This document shows, piece after piece, positions 60,259 through 64,000 of a DNA stretch of 64,000 nucleotides (its first letter is position 1; every line of letters begins with the position of its first letter). Made by a program: the position numbers and the translations under genes. Source of the DNA: an uncultured Acidobacteriota bacterium (GTDB taxonomy: Bacteria > Acidobacteriota > Vicinamibacteria > Vicinamibacterales > UBA2999); NCBI GenBank assembly GCA_963734635.1, contig CAVTIA010000013.1:14649-78648 (forward strand), given 5' to 3'. The notes below the pieces were generated by a model. It was not told the DNA's origin, did not search any database, and worked only from the letters and a program-made list of their open reading frames with translations.

Positions 60259-62808
60259 ATGGCAGTCGATCGCGAGACACCGCAGGCCCCGGTGTTGACG
60301 GGGCGGCAGTTCTGCGCTGTCTGCGCGGCGCTCCTGATTGCCATCACCACCTCGTCATCCGGCCAAACCCCGGCCGTTGACACCTCTCCTGTGGCCGCGG
60401 CCGGCCGTGCCTTCAACGCCGGCCAGTACGACCAGGTCGAGGATCTTTTGCGGTCGGTGAATGGCGAGGCGTCAGCTGTCCTGCGCGCCCGCGCGCACGT
60501 CGCCCGCGGAAGGTACGGAGAGGCAGAGAAGCTGCTGGCAGGGTTCGCTGGCACTTCGCCCGCCGGAGACGCCGCGCTCGAGCTCGGGTTGCTGCAGCTT
60601 CATCTTGGACGCCGTCCGGAGGGCGTGCGAACGCTCGAGGTAGTCCTCACCCGCAGTCCCGACGACACCCCAGCCGATTTGCTGCGGCTTGGCACTGCAG
60701 CGCGCGTACTGGGCCGCTTTCAGGATGCGAACGGCTTCTTCCGCAACGCGAACGCACTTGCGCCGAACGATCCCGTGATTAACACGGCATGGGGCGTGCT
60801 GTTTCTCGAGAAGTACAACCGCTCGGAGGCCGTGAAATCGTTCCAGACCGCGTTGAAGGCGCGGGCCGACTATGTTCCCGCACAGGTTGGTCTCGCCGAA
60901 GCAATGCTTGAAGAGGATCCACCCGCGGCGAAGTCAGCCATCGAGGCGGCGCTGAAGATCAATCCGAGCTACGTCCCTGCGCATCTGCTGATCGCCGAGA
61001 TGGCGCTCGACAATCGCGAACGCGCCGAAGCGCAAGCGTCGATTCAAAAAGCACTCGCCGTCAATCCCAACAGCCTCGAGGCGCGCTCGCTCGAAGCAGC
61101 CATCGCGTTTCTCGAGGGCCGGACGTCCGACTTTCAGTCAGCGGTCGCAGGCGTGCTCAAGCTGAATCCCGCATACGGGGACGCCTACCGCGTGGCCGGC
61201 GACCACACGGCGCGCAACTACCGATTCGACGAGGCAGTCGATTTGACCCGCCGTGCGCTGGAAGTCGAGTCGACGAGCACTCGCGCGTACGCCGATTTGG
61301 GCACCCATCTGCTCCGAATCGGCGACGAGACCGGCGCGAGACGGGCGCTCGAGACGGCGTTTAAGGCAGATCCCTACAACGTGGTGACGTTCAACCAGCT
61401 CGCGATGCTCGACACCGTCGACAAGTTCGAAACGATCCGCGACGGGGATCTCGTGATCCGCCTGCATCCCGACGAAGTGGGGGTCATGCGCGAGCACGTG
61501 GTGCAGCTGGCGCGGCAATCGCTCAACACACTGTCGAAGCTCCACCAGTTCAAGCCGACTGGGCCCATTCTCGTCGAGATGTTTCCCAAGCACGACGACT
61601 TTGCCGTGCGCACCATTGGCCTGCCCGGCTTCATCGGCGCGCTCGGTGCCTGCTTCGGGCGCGTGGTCACGCTCGATTCGCCGCGCGCGAGGCCGCCAGG
61701 GCAGTTCAGCTGGGAAGCGACGTTGTGGCACGAGATGGCGCACGTGATCAGCCTGCAGATGTCGAACAATCGCATTCCGCGCTGGCTGTCGGAAGGGATG
61801 TCGCAGTTCGAGGAGCGGCGCGCGCGTCCCGAGTGGGGCAGGGACATGGAAGTGCCATTCGCGCAGGCGCTGGATGCGGGAAAGCTGCTCAAGCTCCGCG
61901 ACATTCAGGAGGGGTTCAGCGACCCGCGCATGATTTCGCTCGTGTACCACCAGTCGTCGCTTGTCGTCGAGCATCTGATCGACACGTACGGCGACCAGGC
62001 CTGGTGGAGGCTCCTGCGCGCGTACGGAAAGGGGCTCGAAACGGATGCCGCATTCAAGGAGGCATTCAATGTCACGCTCGACGATATCCAGGCCAGCTTC
62101 GATGCAAAGCTTGAAAAGGACTACGCGGATCTCCGTCGCGCGCTGAAGACCCCGACGATTCCCGAGAAGGCCACGGTCGATCAGCTCAAAGCGCTTGCAG
62201 CCGACAACCCCGGGAGCTTCGGGGTGCAGATGACGCTCGCGCAGTCTCTCTACGAGGCCGGCGACATGCCCGCCGCGATCGCGACACTCGAGCGCGCCTC
62301 GAAGCTTGTTCCACCGGCGAACGGCCAGCAGAATCCGAACGCACTCATTGCCGTGATTGCGACCAAGCAGGGCGACAACGCGCGTGCGATTCGTGCTCTC
62401 GAAGCGGTCGTGAAGGTCGATTCTTCAGACGTCGAGGCGGCGCGTCGCCTCGCTGGTCTGATTGCGCCGCTCGGCGACGAGGCACGCACCGCAGCGGCAT
62501 TTGAGCGCGTCGCCGGGCTCGATCCGTTCGACGCGCAGGCGCAGTCGGCCGTCGGTCGTTATGCGTTGAAGCAGAAGGACGGCTCTCGCGCCGCGCGTGC
62601 TCTGCGAGCCGCGCTTGCGGCAGGACCTGCGGACAAGGCGACGGCGCATGTTGATTTGGCGGAAGCGTTTCTCATGGTGGGGCAGTATGGCGACGCGAAA
62701 CGCGAGACGCTCGCCGCGCTCGAAATCGCCCCGTCGTTTGAGCGCGCGCAGGATCTACTGCTCAGAATCGTAACTGCCCAGCCCGGTGGAGGAGCCGGGA
62801 CGCCGTGA
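60259..62808 (+). CDS. TPR-repeat protein with embedded HExxH (gluzincin-like) peptidase domain
   Basis: 849 aa. N- and C-terminal TPR arrays. ATLWHEMAHV...WLSEGMSQFEE. Confidence 0.75.
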   Translation: MAVDRETPQAPVLTGRQFCAVCAALLIAITTSSSGQTPAVDTSPVAAAGRAFNAGQYDQVEDLLRSVNGEASAVLRARAHVARGRYGEAEKLLAGFAGTSPAGDAALELGLLQLHLGRRPEGVRTLEVVLTRSPDDTPADLLRLGTAARVLGRFQDANGFFRNANALAPNDPVINTAWGVLFLEKYNRSEAVKSFQTALKARADYVPAQVGLAEAMLEEDPPAAKSAIEAALKINPSYVPAHLLIAEMALDNRERAEAQASIQKALAVNPNSLEARSLEAAIAFLEGRTSDFQSAVAGVLKLNPAYGDAYRVAGDHTARNYRFDEAVDLTRRALEVESTSTRAYADLGTHLLRIGDETGARRALETAFKADPYNVVTFNQLAMLDTVDKFETIRDGDLVIRLHPDEVGVMREHVVQLARQSLNTLSKLHQFKPTGPILVEMFPKHDDFAVRTIGLPGFIGALGACFGRVVTLDSPRARPPGQFSWEATLWHEMAHVISLQMSNNRIPRWLSEGMSQFEERRARPEWGRDMEVPFAQALDAGKLLKLRDIQEGFSDPRMISLVYHQSSLVVEHLIDTYGDQAWWRLLRAYGKGLETDAAFKEAFNVTLDDIQASFDAKLEKDYADLRRALKTPTIPEKATVDQLKALAADNPGSFGVQMTLAQSLYEAGDMPAAIATLERASKLVPPANGQQNPNALIAVIATKQGDNARAIRALEAVVKVDSSDVEAARRLAGLIAPLGDEARTAAAFERVAGLDPFDAQAQSAVGRYALKQKDGSRAARALRAALAAGPADKATAHVDLAEAFLMVGQYGDAKRETLAALEIAPSFERAQDLLLRIVTAQPGGGAGTP

Positions 62809-63606
62809 GCGCGTACCGCGCCGGTCTGGTCGTCAGCGGGTTGCTGGCCGGCCTGCTCGTCGTGCAGCCGATGCAGCTCTCACAGGCGATGGCGCAGATG
62901 TCAGTACTGCAGGATGAGCGCTTCGCCGGCCTCCAGTGGACGTTCGGTGCGGATCCGTTACTCCGCGTTCACGGTCGACAACCGCTATCGCCTGGACTAC
63001 TGGGGTGAGCCGTGGGCGATCGATGCGCCTGCAGCCGAACAGAACCTGTCGCGCCGGCTCCGGACCGCAACAGCGATCGAAGTCAACGATCCGATTGTGC
63101 TGACGCTCGACGACCCGAAGCTCTGGGACGAAGGGTGGATCTACATCGTCGAGCCGGGCAACCTGCGTCTGCGCGACGACGAGGTGTCGATCCTTCGAGA
63201 GTTCCTGCTACGGGGCGGCACCGCCACATTCGACGACTTTCACGGGCCGTACGAGTGGGACAACTTCGCCAGTGAAATGAGACGCGTGTTTCCCGATCGG
63301 CAGATCGTTGACCTGGAACCGCCGCATCCGATCTACACGTCGTTCTACAACATCACTGCCTATCCGCAGACCCCCGGACTCGGGTCGTTTTTCGCCGGTC
63401 GCACGTGGGAGAAGGGCGGCTTCGTCCCGCGCTTGCGCGCCATTCTCGACGATCGCGGCCGTCCGATGGTGCTTGCGAACTGGAACACCGACATGGGAGA
63501 CGGCGTCGAGTGGTCGAATGCGGAAGAGTATCCGGGCTACCTGAAGTACACCGCCGACGCCTACCGGATGTTCATCAACGAGATCATCTATAGCTTGACC
63601 CACTAG
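62805..63606 (+). pseudogene. DUF4159-family protein with an apparent +1 frameshift near 62946 (or sequencing error)
   Basis: GTG 62805 overlaps the upstream stop and encodes the signal/TM segment MSAYRAGLVVSGLLAGLLVV...ERFAGLQWTF. The DUF4159 body (VRIRYSAF...LREFLLRGGTATFDDFHG...IIYSLTH) continues in the next frame from 62947. Confidence 0.6.
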
Positions 63607-63613
63607 GAGTCAT

Positions 63614-64000
63614 GTGTCCATTTCCGCCGCCGTTCCAAATTTCGCCGAGCGCGTGCAGCAGGGCCGCGAGCGGATCCTCTCCGAGCTGCGGAAGGCGATC
63701 GTCGGCCAGAACGAAGTGGTCGACGAAGTTCTCATCGCACTGTTCACCGGTGGCCACTGCCTCATCACCGGGGTTCCCGGGCTCGCAAAAACGCTGCTGA
63801 TCAAGACGCTGGCGGAGATTCTCGACCTCCGCTTCAAGCGCATCCAGTTCACACCCGACTTGATGCCGGCCGACATCACCGGCACCGAAATTCTCGACGA
63901 GGAGCACGGAACGCGCACGCTTCGGTTTGTGCACGGGCCGATATTCGCGCAGATCATCCTGGCGGACGAGATCAATCGGACACCGCCGAAGACCCAGGCG
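63614..64000 (+). CDS. MoxR-family AAA+ ATPase (5' part; continues beyond the window)
   Basis: My own translation from GTG 63614, with AGGAG at 63605. [39 protein letters not shown]...[13 protein letters not shown]. Confidence 0.9.
   Translation, partial: MSISAAVPNFAERVQQGRERILSELRKAIVGQNEVVDEVLIALFTGGHCLITGVPGLAKTLLIKTLAEILDLRFKRIQFTPDLMPADITGTEILDEEHGTRTLRFVHGPIFAQIILADEINRTPPKTQA

Overview
GC-rich, gene-dense bacterial chromosome segment. About 65 protein genes are mostly housekeeping or envelope-related. Taxonomy is only an inference: the acidobacterial-type VWA protein and the repeat families suggest Acidobacteriota. I found no CRISPR, rRNA, intact transposase, prophage or recognisable defence system.

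Recognisable content, in order:
- Left end: sortase plus VWA pair, then tRNA-Leu(CAA) followed by a decayed accessory patch (SGNH-like hydrolase, multiply frameshifted group II intron remnant with a near-canonical domain V).
- Lipid genes: pssA-like, plsC, PAP2, two tandem PmtA-like methyltransferases, and a KAS / FAD-reductase / ICMT operon.
- Metabolism: a PQQ dehydrogenase with a lanthanide-type DxD signature, aguA-aguB, hom-thrB-thrC, cysG-sir, moaC, and a fused homocysteine methyltransferase/MTHFR.
- Regulation and signalling: an HD-GYP plus REC-PilZ pair, carD with a clean promoter and terminator, rex, and a LytS/LytTR two-component pair.
- Other: lepB, lon, and a TPR-HExxH / DUF4159 / MoxR cluster at the right end.

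The most unusual signals are non-coding:
1. At least six intergenic arrays of 6-8 nt tandem units sit at gene boundaries, each with its own unit. GGTGCGA occurs at two loci on opposite strands. A GACCAAA array folds into one long hairpin over a stop codon.
2. A GTAG-plus-palindrome (REP-like) hairpin family occurs as singletons and inverted doublets, with compensatory stem changes.

Protein-level oddities:
- A proteasome/HslV-like Ntn hydrolase with a signal-peptide-like N-terminus.
- Apparent frameshifts in MpaB-like and DUF4159 genes.
- An AT-hook-like tail on a glycosyltransferase.
- An unrecognisable 370-aa protein.

All family assignments come from motif reading by eye. No searches were run.
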